Positions 1 through 10,217 of a DNA stretch of 64,000 bases are shown here, in pieces. Every line of letters begins with the position of its first letter. Positions within the stretch are counted from its first letter, which is position 1. Under the pieces are notes generated by a model. The model was not told the origin of the DNA. It did not search any database and was given only the letters and a program-made list of their open reading frames with translations. Both the position numbers and the translations under genes were made by a program. The DNA is from Escherichia coli (lineage in GTDB: Bacteria > Pseudomonadota > Gammaproteobacteria > Enterobacterales > Enterobacteriaceae). Location: assembly GCF_046105845.1 (NCBI RefSeq), contig NZ_CP151004.1, one strand, 5' to 3'.

Positions 1-504
1 TTAGCCGGAGAAAAAGCATTACAAGAGCATTGTGCGAAGCACCTTATTTTCCGTACCAGCTGGGTCTATGCAGGTAAAGGAAATAACTTCGCCAAAACAA
101 TGTTGCGTCTGGCAAAAGAGCGTGAAGAATTAGCTGTTATTAACGATCAGTTTGGCGCACCAACTGGCGCAGAGTTGCTGGCTGATTGTACGGCACATGC
201 TATTCGTGTTGCACTGAAAAAACCAGAAGTCGCAGGCTTGTACCATCTGGTAGCCAGTGGTACCACAACCTGGCACGATTATGCTGCGCTGGTTTTTGAA
301 GAGGCGCGCAAAGCAGGCATTCCCCTTGCACTCAACAAGCTCAACGCAGTACCAACATCAGCCTATCCTACACCAGCTCGTCGTCCACATAACTCTCGCC
401 TTAATACAGAAAAATTTCAGCAGAACTTTGCGCTTGTCTTGCCTGACTGGCAGGTTGGCGTGAAACGAATGCTCAACGAATTATTTACGATTACAGCAAT
501 TTAA
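1..504 (+). CDS. rfbD: dTDP-4-dehydrorhamnose reductase, 3' portion (5' end lies upstream of the window)
   Basis: ORF track 100..504 is the C-terminus; frame 1 stays open back to position 1 (LAGEKALQEHCAKHLIFRTSWVYAGKGNNFAKT...), matching RmlD/RfbD as I recall it. Confidence 0.9.
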   Translation, partial: LAGEKALQEHCAKHLIFRTSWVYAGKGNNFAKTMLRLAKEREELAVINDQFGAPTGAELLADCTAHAIRVALKKPEVAGLYHLVASGTTTWHDYAALVFEEARKAGIPLALNKLNAVPTSAYPTPARRPHNSRLNTEKFQQNFALVLPDWQVGVKRMLNELFTITAI

Positions 505-561
505 TAGTTTTTGCATCTTGTTCGTGATGATGGAGCAAGATGAATTAAAAGGAATGATGAA

Positions 562-1437
562 ATGAAAACGCGTAAAGGTATTATTTTAGCGGGTGGTTCT
601 GGTACACGTCTTTATCCTGTGACTATGGCTGTCAGTAAACAGCTATTACCTATTTATGATAAGCCGATGATCTATTACCCGCTCTCTACACTGATGTTGG
701 CGGGTATTCGCGATATTCTAATTATAAGTACGCCACAGGATACTCCTCGTTTTCAACAACTTCTGGGTGACGGGAGCCAGTGGGGCCTGAATCTTCAGTA
801 CCAAGTGCAACCGAGTCCGGATGGACTTGCACAGGCATTTATCATTGGTGAAGAGTTTATTGGTGGTGATGATTGTGCTTTGGTACTTGGTGATAACATC
901 TTTTACGGTCACGACCTGCCGAAGTTAATGGACGCAGCTGTTAACAAAGGAAGTGGCGCAACGGTATTTGCTTATCATGTAAATGATCCTGAACGCTATG
1001 GTGTCGTTGAGTTTGATAAAAAAGGTACGGCAATTAGCCTGGAAGAAAAACCGCTACAGCCCAAAAGTAATTATGCGGTAACCGGGCTTTATTTCTATGA
1101 TAACGACGTTGTCGAAATGGCGAAAAACCTTAAGCCTTCTGCCCGTGGTGAACTGGAAATTACCGATATTAACCGTATCTATATGGAACAGGGGCGTTTA
1201 TCTGTTGCCATGATGGGCCGTGGTTATGCATGGCTGGACACGGGGACACATCAAAGCCTAATTGAGGCAAGCAACTTCATTGCTACAATTGAAGAGCGTC
1301 AGGGCTTGAAAGTTTCCTGTCCGGAAGAAATTTCTTACCGTAAAGGATTTATTGATGCTGAGCAGGTTAAAGTATTAGCTGAACCGCTGAAAAAAAATGC
1401 TTATGGTCAATATCTGCTGAAAATGATTAAAGGTTAG
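562..1437 (+). CDS. rfbA: glucose-1-phosphate thymidylyltransferase
   Basis: 291 aa; N-terminal [14 protein letters not shown] nucleotidyltransferase motif; position after rfbD. Confidence 0.95.
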   Translation: MKTRKGIILAGGSGTRLYPVTMAVSKQLLPIYDKPMIYYPLSTLMLAGIRDILIISTPQDTPRFQQLLGDGSQWGLNLQYQVQPSPDGLAQAFIIGEEFIGGDDCALVLGDNIFYGHDLPKLMDAAVNKGSGATVFAYHVNDPERYGVVEFDKKGTAISLEEKPLQPKSNYAVTGLYFYDNDVVEMAKNLKPSARGELEITDINRIYMEQGRLSVAMMGRGYAWLDTGTHQSLIEASNFIATIEERQGLKVSCPEEISYRKGFIDAEQVKVLAEPLKKNAYGQYLLKMIKG

Positions 1438-1444
1438 TAATAAA

Positions 1445-1996
1445 ATGAACGTAATTAAAACAGATATTCCAGACGTATTAATTTTCGAACCGAAAGTTTT
1501 TAGGGATGAGCGCGGTTTCTTTTTCGAGAGTTTTAACCAAAAGGTTTTTGAGGATGCGGTAGGTCGCAAAATTGAGTTTGTCCAAGATAATCATTCGAAG
1601 TCATGTAAAGGGGTTTTACGTGGACTGCATTATCAGTTAGAACCTTATGCACAAGGAAAATTGGTGCGCTGTGTTGTTGGTGAGGTTTTTGATGTTGCGG
1701 TGGATATTCGTAAGTCTTCGCCTACGTTTGGTAAATGGGTTGGGGTGACTTTATCTGCGGAGAATAAGCGTCAGTTGTGGATCCCTGAAGGATTTGCACA
1801 TGGATTTATAACATTGTCAGAGTTTGCAGAGTTTCTTTATAAAACAACTAGTTTTTATTCCCCAAAACATGAAGTTTGTATTCGGTTTGATGATGAAAAA
1901 ATAGGGATAGAGTGGCAGTGTGCAGAGTATATGAAACTCTCAGAAAAAGATTCAAAAGGGATATCTCTCGATGAATACGTGCGCACGGTGGTATGA
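1445..1996 (+). CDS. rfbC: dTDP-4-dehydrorhamnose 3,5-epimerase
   Basis: 183 aa cupin-type RmlC-like sequence directly after rfbA. Confidence 0.92.
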   Translation: MNVIKTDIPDVLIFEPKVFRDERGFFFESFNQKVFEDAVGRKIEFVQDNHSKSCKGVLRGLHYQLEPYAQGKLVRCVVGEVFDVAVDIRKSSPTFGKWVGVTLSAENKRQLWIPEGFAHGFITLSEFAEFLYKTTSFYSPKHEVCIRFDDEKIGIEWQCAEYMKLSEKDSKGISLDEYVRTVV

Positions 1997-2002
1997 TAGA
2001 TT

Positions 2003-2917
2003 ATGAACAAAGTTAGCATATTAATGCCTGTTTATAATGTAGAAAAATATATTAGAGCTGCGATTGGTAGTATATTAAACCAAACATATCCGAATATAGA
2101 GTTAGTAATTGTAGACGATGCGTCTACTGACAATACATTACTCATTATAGATGAAATTGCGCAAAAAAATAATAACATAATTATTGTTCGCAATGATGTA
2201 AACTCTGGAATAACCGTAGCGCTAAACAAAGGTCTTAAATATTGTAGCGGTGATTATATAGCTCGAGCTGATGGTGATGACATACAAGATCCTTTACGAA
2301 TTCAAAAGCAAATAGACTTTCTAAAGGAGAATCAAGAATATGGATTGGTTGGATGTTGGATAAAAAACATAGATGAGTCAGGAAAACAAATAGCTTCATG
2401 TAAATATCCGGTTTCAGACTTAGAAGTGAGACAATGCGTTAGCTATACATCTCCCGTACTTCATATATGGTTAGCAAAGAAAGAAGTTTACGAAAAACTG
2501 AATGGATACAGGAATACAAATCCAGCTGAAGATTATGATTTTATTTTAAGATGTTTGGATTATGGTATAAGAATAGGGAACGTTCCGTATTATGGTTCAA
2601 TGATACGTTTACGTTCAGGGAGTACATTAACTGAATCTTCTTTAAAACAACGGGTTATATCAAACTATCTGTGTAAAAAATTTAAAAAAGGCATTATTAA
2701 TACAATTGATATCGAATCTGAACTACCTAAAACAAATGAACTTAAAATTATTACTAAATTGCATTCTTGGTCATGTTTCTTTTTAAAAAAAGCAATAGAG
2801 AACAAAAGGTCGTTAAAAGGGGCAGCTTATTTATGTTTGTCGCTTATAAGTCCTTTTACAGTTCAAAATATAATAAAGAGGCAGATTTTTAAAAGAAAAT
2901 GTAACAAGGGTTATTAA
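2003..2917 (+). CDS. family 2 glycosyltransferase (O-antigen)
   Basis: 304 aa; N-terminal SILMPVYNVEKYI...VIVDDASTD and ADGDD motifs typical of GT-A fold GT2; very AT-rich. Confidence 0.75.
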   Translation: MNKVSILMPVYNVEKYIRAAIGSILNQTYPNIELVIVDDASTDNTLLIIDEIAQKNNNIIIVRNDVNSGITVALNKGLKYCSGDYIARADGDDIQDPLRIQKQIDFLKENQEYGLVGCWIKNIDESGKQIASCKYPVSDLEVRQCVSYTSPVLHIWLAKKEVYEKLNGYRNTNPAEDYDFILRCLDYGIRIGNVPYYGSMIRLRSGSTLTESSLKQRVISNYLCKKFKKGIINTIDIESELPKTNELKIITKLHSWSCFFLKKAIENKRSLKGAAYLCLSLISPFTVQNIIKRQIFKRKCNKGY

Positions 2918-2918
2918 A

Positions 2919-3962
2919 TTGATAAAAATAGCAATAATATTACCATCATTGAAAAACGTTGGACCGAATAGAGTTGCACATACTCTTATTAACAAACTAA
3001 GTGATAAAGAAGGTGTATACCTAAAGGTTTTTTATATAAAAAAAGAATTAGGATTAAATTTTACTTGTGATACAGAACTTTTGACTTTAGTTAATGTACG
3101 AAAATTATATGCCTTCGATGTCTTGCATTCACATATGCTTAGGCCAGATGTCTTGGTTGGGCTACTTCCATTTTACAAAGGCCTTAAAATAAGCACAATC
3201 CATAATATAGTGACAGAAGATATACAATATACACATGGTAGTGTGATATCTAAAATTGTCTCTGAATTATGGTTTAGGATTTGGAATAGATTTGATAAGA
3301 TAGTCGTGCTATCAAAAGTAGCAAAAAAATACTATCTGGGACATGGGCTAAAATCTAAAAAATTAGAGATCATATATAATGGAATTGATCTGGATATAGG
3401 AAGTAATATCAATTATGAAGATAAGAAAATAATAGAGGAGTTTAAAGGAGACAGTACTCTTCTGGGAACACTTTGTTTAGCAAATCACAGGAAAGGTATA
3501 GAACAGATTCTTTATGCCTTGCCATTCTTACCTAATTATAAATTTATAATTATTGGTGATGGACCTGTAAGAGAATATTTAGAAAATTTAGCTATAAGTC
3601 TGAATGTAAGAGATCGATTTTTTATTCTGGGCTATAGAGAAAACGCTAAAGATTTACTAAAATATATCGATATTTATCTAATGCCAAGTAGATCGGAAGG
3701 ATTTGGTCTCGCATTGCTTGAGGCTGTTGCAGCAAAAATAACAGTAGTTTGCTCAAATATTCCAATATTTAAAGAAATCTTTACTGAACGACAAGTGTCT
3801 TTTTTTGAATTGGATAATACAAACTCACTTATTCAAGCGATACAGAACTCAATAAGTAATGATATAAATGACGCGTATATAAGGCTAAAACAAAATTATA
3901 GCTCAGATACGATGGCTCGATTATATCATGAATTATATATGACTTGTAAGGAAGTAAAATGA
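2919..3962 (+). CDS. family 1 (GT4-type) glycosyltransferase (O-antigen)
   Basis: 347 aa; C-terminal SRSEGFGLALLEAVAAK motif of retaining GT-B enzymes; TTG start inferred from ORF track. Confidence 0.7.
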   Translation: MIKIAIILPSLKNVGPNRVAHTLINKLSDKEGVYLKVFYIKKELGLNFTCDTELLTLVNVRKLYAFDVLHSHMLRPDVLVGLLPFYKGLKISTIHNIVTEDIQYTHGSVISKIVSELWFRIWNRFDKIVVLSKVAKKYYLGHGLKSKKLEIIYNGIDLDIGSNINYEDKKIIEEFKGDSTLLGTLCLANHRKGIEQILYALPFLPNYKFIIIGDGPVREYLENLAISLNVRDRFFILGYRENAKDLLKYIDIYLMPSRSEGFGLALLEAVAAKITVVCSNIPIFKEIFTERQVSFFELDNTNSLIQAIQNSISNDINDAYIRLKQNYSSDTMARLYHELYMTCKEVK

Positions 3963-4741
3963 GGCTTTTCATATCAGTTGTATCACATGGACACGGGGAA
4001 TTAATTGAGTCATTAGGGTGTTTAGAAAAACTTTCGAAAAAATTTAGTGTTGTGCTTAAAGATAATAAAAATGAGTCCAACCTTAAAGAGTATTGCAAAC
4101 ATAATAATATAACCTACTTAAGTAGCGATATTCCTAGAGGATTTGGGGAGAATAATAATATTATATTTAACCATTGCTCATCAGAATTAGGCATGCAACC
4201 AGATGATATATTTGTAGTAATGAATCCAGATCTGATTATTGAAGAAAATGAATTGATAAAACTTAAAAATAGGATGATGTGTGAAAATATAGACTTTGCA
4301 ACTATAAATCTTTATAAAGATAGGGACTATCAAATATATGATCCATCAATCAGGAATTATCCGGGCATTCTTGACTTTGTAAATAGTTATCTTGGTTTCT
4401 CAAATAAAACAATAATAAATAAATCGGTAATTAAATCAAATACCCCGGTGCCATGGGCTGCAGGTTCATTCTTGGCATTAAAGTCTTATCTCTATAAAGA
4501 AGTTGATGGTTTTAATATCAGATATTTCATGTATTGCGAAGATATAGATATATGTATGAGGGTAGGTTCTTATGGTTATAAATTAATTTATATACCAACA
4601 ATAAAAGCCATACATCTAGCACGGCACAATAATCGACGTTTTTTATCAAAACATTTTTATTGGCATTTACGTAGTATGCTTATATATCTATCGGAAAAAA
4701 GAAAGTATGTCGCTAAAAAAAATAAGTGCTACACTAATTAA
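3959..4741 (+). CDS. WbbL-like rhamnosyltransferase (GT2 family)
   Basis: 260 aa; ISVVSHGHGELI N-terminus and YFMYCEDIDICMR segment resemble E. coli WbbL as I recall it; overlaps previous gene by 4 nt. Confidence 0.65.
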   Translation: MRLFISVVSHGHGELIESLGCLEKLSKKFSVVLKDNKNESNLKEYCKHNNITYLSSDIPRGFGENNNIIFNHCSSELGMQPDDIFVVMNPDLIIEENELIKLKNRMMCENIDFATINLYKDRDYQIYDPSIRNYPGILDFVNSYLGFSNKTIINKSVIKSNTPVPWAAGSFLALKSYLYKEVDGFNIRYFMYCEDIDICMRVGSYGYKLIYIPTIKAIHLARHNNRRFLSKHFYWHLRSMLIYLSEKRKYVAKKNKCYTN

Positions 4742-5936
4742 AGTGATCGGTGGAAATGCATTAGCTCAGATTATTGTCATATTAGGCACTCCTTTACTTA
4801 CGAGAATGTACCAACCGAGTGATTTTGGTATATATTCGACCATTATGGCAGTAGTTTTAATAGTGGGAATTATTGCATGTGGTAGATATGACCAGATAAT
4901 GTATAACTTCAATGACAAATATTCTTGGTATAAATGTTTTTGCAATGGGGTTGTTATAGCAACATATATATCTCTGTTCTGCTTAATTGTAACCAGTATA
5001 CTGTTTTTTTTATTTGAATTTGATGTGACTTACTTTATAATTGCACCTTCAGTGTTGACATTTGCGATTTTACAGTTATATACATCTTATTTTAGCTTAT
5101 ATGCCTATTACAGAATAATAATAATATTAAATATCATTCGTTCTTCAAGTTTAATTGTATTACAATTGATGTTGTTTAAAGTTATTGCAAATGGACTTGT
5201 CGTGAGCTTTCTAATATCGCAAATAATATGCGTTTTGTTTTGCTTAAGCTTCGCGGGGAAACTGAACAAAAATTTTAATTTTGAATTTAAAGTGGTTTTT
5301 ATTAAAGCTAGAGAAGCTGGATTGAGTTCTGTACAATCTCTTGCTAATTCCTTTTCATCACAATTACCTGTTCTTTTTATTCCTAGCCAATATGGGTATT
5401 ATACCGTTGGTCTATATGGATTAGCTGTGAGGTTGACTCAGATACCAATTATTTTTTTTACAAATGCAGTTAGGCCATATATATTAGGAGAATTAAATAA
5501 AAAGAAAAATGATTATCGTCTTTTATCAAAAATCCTATGGAGAAGTTCGGCTTTATTATTGATTTTAAGTATTCTTGGGATAGTTCTCATTAATTTATTT
5601 GCGGAAGATTTTTTTAAGTTTTATGCTGGTGATGAATGGAAAGACGCAGGTAAAATAGCCTCTGTTTTGTCATGGTGGCTATTAATTGCATTCGCTAATG
5701 TTACGTCGACTTCATATCTAACTGTTGTGGGGCGATTTAAATCGTTATTTATCTATGATATGCTTCTATTGGTATTCAGATTAATGTCAGTATGCTATAG
5801 TTTTTATGCGGATTTATCATTCTTAAACTTTATATATATTTATTCAATACTTGGTATGTTTTTTAATCTAGGTATTATAGGTTATGCAATAAAATGTGGA
5901 ATTCAAGATGCAAAAAATATTAATTGTTACAGCTGA
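4707..5936 (+). CDS. wzx: O-antigen flippase Wzx (MOP-family polytopic membrane protein)
   Basis: 409 aa, hydrophobic throughout with many predicted TM segments; position within O-antigen cluster. Confidence 0.7.
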   Translation: MSLKKISATLIKVIGGNALAQIIVILGTPLLTRMYQPSDFGIYSTIMAVVLIVGIIACGRYDQIMYNFNDKYSWYKCFCNGVVIATYISLFCLIVTSILFFLFEFDVTYFIIAPSVLTFAILQLYTSYFSLYAYYRIIIILNIIRSSSLIVLQLMLFKVIANGLVVSFLISQIICVLFCLSFAGKLNKNFNFEFKVVFIKAREAGLSSVQSLANSFSSQLPVLFIPSQYGYYTVGLYGLAVRLTQIPIIFFTNAVRPYILGELNKKKNDYRLLSKILWRSSALLLILSILGIVLINLFAEDFFKFYAGDEWKDAGKIASVLSWWLLIAFANVTSTSYLTVVGRFKSLFIYDMLLLVFRLMSVCYSFYADLSFLNFIYIYSILGMFFNLGIIGYAIKCGIQDAKNINCYS

Positions 5937-6933
5937 GAACGGTTGGTTTGCGCAGGGTAAATTCCCTTGGGAAAGTATGGATATTGAAAGGATAAAGAGA
6001 AGGTTGGAAAGTAATAATAAAATTGTTAATGTGACTACTTTTCAATTTCTCAAAGATAATATTGCCTCGCTGAAAGATTACATAATAATATATACATCAT
6101 CTCAACGACTGGAACATAAATATTACATACAAGATATAATGTTCTTATTAAAAGATAACAATACTCTTATCCCTAACTATGAATCACTTTTGGCGCATGA
6201 AAACAAAGGATTTCAAAGTTTACTTGATAAGAAATATAATTTGGGTTTAATAAAGTCTGAATATTATTGCGATATTTGTGAAGTAAAGAATATTAAAAAT
6301 TTGAATTATCCCCTCGTTTATAAATCTGTGAATGGCGCATCATCAATGGGGGTAAAAAAAGTCCACAACACAGAAGAAATGTATAAATATGTTAAACAAC
6401 CTTGCTCAATTTCATTGGAATTATTGAAAAGAAAACTAAAAAAATATATTTTTAAAAGCAAATATAATCATCAGTGGGAGAAATATCTGTCATTTGCGCA
6501 ACAAAGATTTATTATTCAAGGTTTCATTCCTGATTTACAATATGATTTTAAGGTGTTGATTTTTGGTAAAAAATATTATCTCTTAAAGAGGTTCGTCGCT
6601 GAGAATGATTTTAAAGCTAGTGGCAGTGGGTTGCATTCGAGAAATATTGGTAGTGATTTGAAAATCGTGTTAGATTTCGCAAGAGGTATTAAAAATAAAT
6701 TTAGATCGCACATATATTCTTTAGATATTTGTGTGAAAAATAAAGAACCACACCTTATTGAGTTTCAAATGACGCACGTTGGTCCTGTTACGTTGAGTGA
6801 ATCTGATCACTATTTTATTTACAACGCAACAACAAATAACTGGGAAAAGGTGTTTTCTTTAAGTTCTCTTGAAGATGAATTTTCTAATGCAGTAGAAGAG
6901 TATATAAATGAAAGTGATTCATATAGTGCATAA
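5896..6933 (+). CDS. hypothetical protein, possible ATP-grasp-like enzyme (O-antigen modification?)
   Basis: 345 aa soluble ORF inside the O-antigen cluster; weak motif-level resemblance to ATP-grasp (KSVNGASSMGVKKV, FIIQGFIP, LIEFQMTHVGP); alternative start at 5908. Confidence 0.45.
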   Translation: MEFKMQKILIVTAENGWFAQGKFPWESMDIERIKRRLESNNKIVNVTTFQFLKDNIASLKDYIIIYTSSQRLEHKYYIQDIMFLLKDNNTLIPNYESLLAHENKGFQSLLDKKYNLGLIKSEYYCDICEVKNIKNLNYPLVYKSVNGASSMGVKKVHNTEEMYKYVKQPCSISLELLKRKLKKYIFKSKYNHQWEKYLSFAQQRFIIQGFIPDLQYDFKVLIFGKKYYLLKRFVAENDFKASGSGLHSRNIGSDLKIVLDFARGIKNKFRSHIYSLDICVKNKEPHLIEFQMTHVGPVTLSESDHYFIYNATTNNWEKVFSLSSLEDEFSNAVEEYINESDSYSA

Positions 6934-7966
6934 TTATTATGGATTTAGCGGTGCATCTCTTCAGGCAAAAAATTTAGCAAGGGCTTTGAATAATTATAGT
7001 CCGCATATTGAACAAATATTTGTGACTAGATGTCAGTGTTGTATTTCAAAATTAAATGACCATGATCAATTTAAGGTGATAGAGATACCGATATCATATA
7101 AACGACTTTGGCATTTTTTTCTCCTGTGTAAATCAATTAAGCCGGATGTTGTACATTTTCATGGGGCTGATTTCGGTCTGCTAAGTATTTGTGCTATTCT
7201 AAAAATACCAGTTTATTGGAAATCAACTCTATTAGATAGTGATGATTTTTATACATTATTGCATCGTGGTTCTTTGAGGAAATTTAAGTTTTGGTTGTTG
7301 AAGTTCATCTCCATAAATAACACGTTAACTAAGCAAATATATAAAGTTAACCGCCAATATATTCCTACAACTAAATTAGTTACGATTCCAAATGGTGTAA
7401 GCATTTCTTGTTGTACACACAGGAATGAGCTGAAAAAAGAAAAAAATGTTTTAATAATATCTGCAATCATACCAAGAAAAAAGATTATCGAAGGGATAAG
7501 ATTTTATAAAGATAACTTTGAAAACAAAGGATATAAACTTTTGATAATTGGCCCTGATAATGAAGAACTTGATGGTTTCGAAGCAAACTACGTAACGAAA
7601 TGTAAGAGTTTAAGTAATAATAATATCCATTTTTTAGGTAAATTGAAACATCAAAGCGTAAATGAAATAATGTGTCGCTCTCAATTTTTAATCCATTTAT
7701 CTGAGCGAGAAGGCATGCCAAACGTTGTATTGGAGGCGCTGGCCAGTGGTGTCTATCCGATTATAGGAGAAATGGGTGGACTTGCTTATGAGATTATTGA
7801 AAATGAATCGTATGGTTTTATTTTTAATAACAAAAACAAGTTTGATTTAAATAAATACACTGGTGTTAATATAATGGGGATGGATATAATTGATAAAAAA
7901 TATTCATTCGATGTGATTTCAAAAAAAACAGTTAATATATATACGAAACTTATTGGTGGAAAATGA
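6908..7966 (+). CDS. family 1 (GT4-type) glycosyltransferase (O-antigen)
   Basis: 352 aa; SEREGMPNVVLEALASG motif; AT-rich. Confidence 0.7.
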   Translation: MKVIHIVHNYYGFSGASLQAKNLARALNNYSPHIEQIFVTRCQCCISKLNDHDQFKVIEIPISYKRLWHFFLLCKSIKPDVVHFHGADFGLLSICAILKIPVYWKSTLLDSDDFYTLLHRGSLRKFKFWLLKFISINNTLTKQIYKVNRQYIPTTKLVTIPNGVSISCCTHRNELKKEKNVLIISAIIPRKKIIEGIRFYKDNFENKGYKLLIIGPDNEELDGFEANYVTKCKSLSNNNIHFLGKLKHQSVNEIMCRSQFLIHLSEREGMPNVVLEALASGVYPIIGEMGGLAYEIIENESYGFIFNNKNKFDLNKYTGVNIMGMDIIDKKYSFDVISKKTVNIYTKLIGGK

Positions 7967-9084
7967 AAGAAGAAAGTCATGATAATGATAAAGGAGTCTC
8001 TTTTATCGGTTTTTTATGGCTACTGGCATGTGGGTTATATATAACAAGGATAACTGCTATTAGTCCTGTTTATCTGGTTTTTATTCTCGCATTAATGTTA
8101 GCTATTCTTACAAATATTAATTGCGGGAAATATAAGGTTTCTGTTTTTACACTACTAAGTTTAATAATACTATTACTTTCAATATTTCTTTTTTTTAATT
8201 CACAAATACCTCTCGTAATTAATCTGTTGATAGTGTTACTATCACCAATGCTAGTGGATTCTTATTATAAGAGGCGATATATTACAAAACAAAATTTATT
8301 GAATGTGTTTTTATTTTATTCCTTGGTTTTCATTCTTGATGGTTTTTGGCGAATTAAACATCCCTATCTTGAACATGTAGATAAACTAGAAGAACTGGGC
8401 ATCGGCTTTCAAATATATAAAGTGAATTCATTCATGTATTCAGATTCTAATTTTGTTGGCCTGGAAGCTGTTTTTATACTATCTTGTTTTCTTTACATGT
8501 TTAAAGGTGTTCGACGGACTGGATTACTTCGGATAAAATATTTTTTCGTTTTTTGTGCTTTATTTTTGGGGGTTCTGTTAACTTTTTCTAGGGCTGCTAT
8601 CATAGCAATGATTTTACTTTTTATATTTTTCATTTTGATGAGGAGTAAATTTATTAAAACTGTTTCGTATATGTTAGCGCCAGTATTACTTGTGGTTTTT
8701 TCATGGTTTATATATAAGAGATTTACGGATGATATAAGTTTTGAGAGTAAATTTAATTTAATTAGGTATACTCTTGAATACATTAAAGATAGTGATATTG
8801 ATATGATATTGCTAGGTGTTGGTCTGGGAAATGCAGTCGAAGTAATTGGTATGGGGGCACATAATCTATTTTTGACTTTCTTAATCGAAACTGGTGTTAT
8901 TGGTTTAGTATTGTTTTTAGTTTTATTATGCATTATGTGGTTCTATCTCAAAGAAGATGCAATCATCATCATGCTTCCATTTCTAATAGCATCAATGTCG
9001 CTCGGGACAACCGCAGTACCTTACTTTTTTACCTTTACTTGGTTATGTATTCTTTACAAAAGAAAATTGTTTAATGTCGTCTGA
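7963..9084 (+). CDS. wzy: O-antigen polymerase Wzy (polytopic membrane protein)
   Basis: 373 aa, extremely hydrophobic with multiple TM segments; only remaining membrane protein in the cluster besides wzx. Confidence 0.6.
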   Translation: MKEESHDNDKGVSFIGFLWLLACGLYITRITAISPVYLVFILALMLAILTNINCGKYKVSVFTLLSLIILLLSIFLFFNSQIPLVINLLIVLLSPMLVDSYYKRRYITKQNLLNVFLFYSLVFILDGFWRIKHPYLEHVDKLEELGIGFQIYKVNSFMYSDSNFVGLEAVFILSCFLYMFKGVRRTGLLRIKYFFVFCALFLGVLLTFSRAAIIAMILLFIFFILMRSKFIKTVSYMLAPVLLVVFSWFIYKRFTDDISFESKFNLIRYTLEYIKDSDIDMILLGVGLGNAVEVIGMGAHNLFLTFLIETGVIGLVLFLVLLCIMWFYLKEDAIIIMLPFLIASMSLGTTAVPYFFTFTWLCILYKRKLFNVV

Positions 9085-9102
9085 CATTGGATAGGAAACA
9101 GT

Positions 9103-10110
9103 ATGAATATTTTAGTTACCGGTGGCTTAGGATATATAGGCTCTCATACTTTAATTCGATTGATTGAGCTTAAGCATAACATCATAGTGGTTGATAACCT
9201 TTCAAACTCTAAAGCAAGTGTGATCGAGCGAATAAAATCACTGAGTGGTGGAGACTTTATATTTTATAACTGTGATATTTGTAATGCTAAGTGTCTGCAA
9301 GAGATATTCTCTAAACATAATATCAATAAAGTCATTCATTTTGCCGGATTGAAATCAGTTTCAGAGTCAGGTAAGGCACCTCTAACATATTATCACAATA
9401 ATGTAGTTGGAACGTTAAATTTATTGAAGGTAATGTATTCAAATGGAATAAAGGATATTATATTTAGTTCTTCTGCAACTGTATACGGGGTGCCAGATAT
9501 TATACCTTTGACTGAAAAATGCGTAACTGGAGGAACTACAAATCCTTATGGAACCAGTAAACACATGGTCGAGCAAATCTTAATGGATTTAATTAAGTCT
9601 GATGGCGATTGGAATATAACAATTCTTCGATATTTTAATCCTATTGGAGCCCATCCTTCAGGAGAGATTGGGGAGGACCCGCAAGGAGTACCTAATAATT
9701 TAGTACCTTACGTAACTAAAGTCGCAATTGGAGATTTACCTTTTTTAACCATTTATGGCGATGATTACAGTACTCCTGATGGAACAGGAATCAGAGATTA
9801 TATTCATGTTTGTGACTTAGCTGAAGGGCATATAGCTGCATTGAACAATAAAGAAATAAGTGGTTTGCATATCTATAATTTAGGCACAGGTGTTGGCTCA
9901 TCTGTATTAGATATAATAAATACATTTGAGCAAGTTAATCATGTTTCGATTCCTTATCGTATATCTAAAAGGCGAGAGGGAGATGTCGCGCAATGCTGGG
10001 CTGACCCAACATTGATTCAAACTAAGTTAAATTGGCGTGCAAAATATAATCTTGAGGACATGCTTAAGCATGCTTGGCTTTGGCAACTCAAAAACAAGGG
10101 ATATGTTTAA
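9103..10110 (+). CDS. UDP-hexose 4-epimerase (GalE/Gne family, NAD-dependent)
   Basis: 335 aa; VTGGLGYIGSH Rossmann motif, YGTSK catalytic motif; placed just before gnd. Confidence 0.85.
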   Translation: MNILVTGGLGYIGSHTLIRLIELKHNIIVVDNLSNSKASVIERIKSLSGGDFIFYNCDICNAKCLQEIFSKHNINKVIHFAGLKSVSESGKAPLTYYHNNVVGTLNLLKVMYSNGIKDIIFSSSATVYGVPDIIPLTEKCVTGGTTNPYGTSKHMVEQILMDLIKSDGDWNITILRYFNPIGAHPSGEIGEDPQGVPNNLVPYVTKVAIGDLPFLTIYGDDYSTPDGTGIRDYIHVCDLAEGHIAALNNKEISGLHIYNLGTGVGSSVLDIINTFEQVNHVSIPYRISKRREGDVAQCWADPTLIQTKLNWRAKYNLEDMLKHAWLWQLKNKGYV

Positions 10111-10217
10111 TTGAGATGATACCTTTATTTGTGCATTAATTTTACAGTTACAAAGATGTATGCTTACATCATTTGAAATGTCATAATCAAAGCAGTGTCC
10201 CCTGACAGGAGTAAACA

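Noticed and set aside
257-463. 68-aa plus-strand ORF in an alternative frame
   Set aside because: Completely inside rfbD in another frame.
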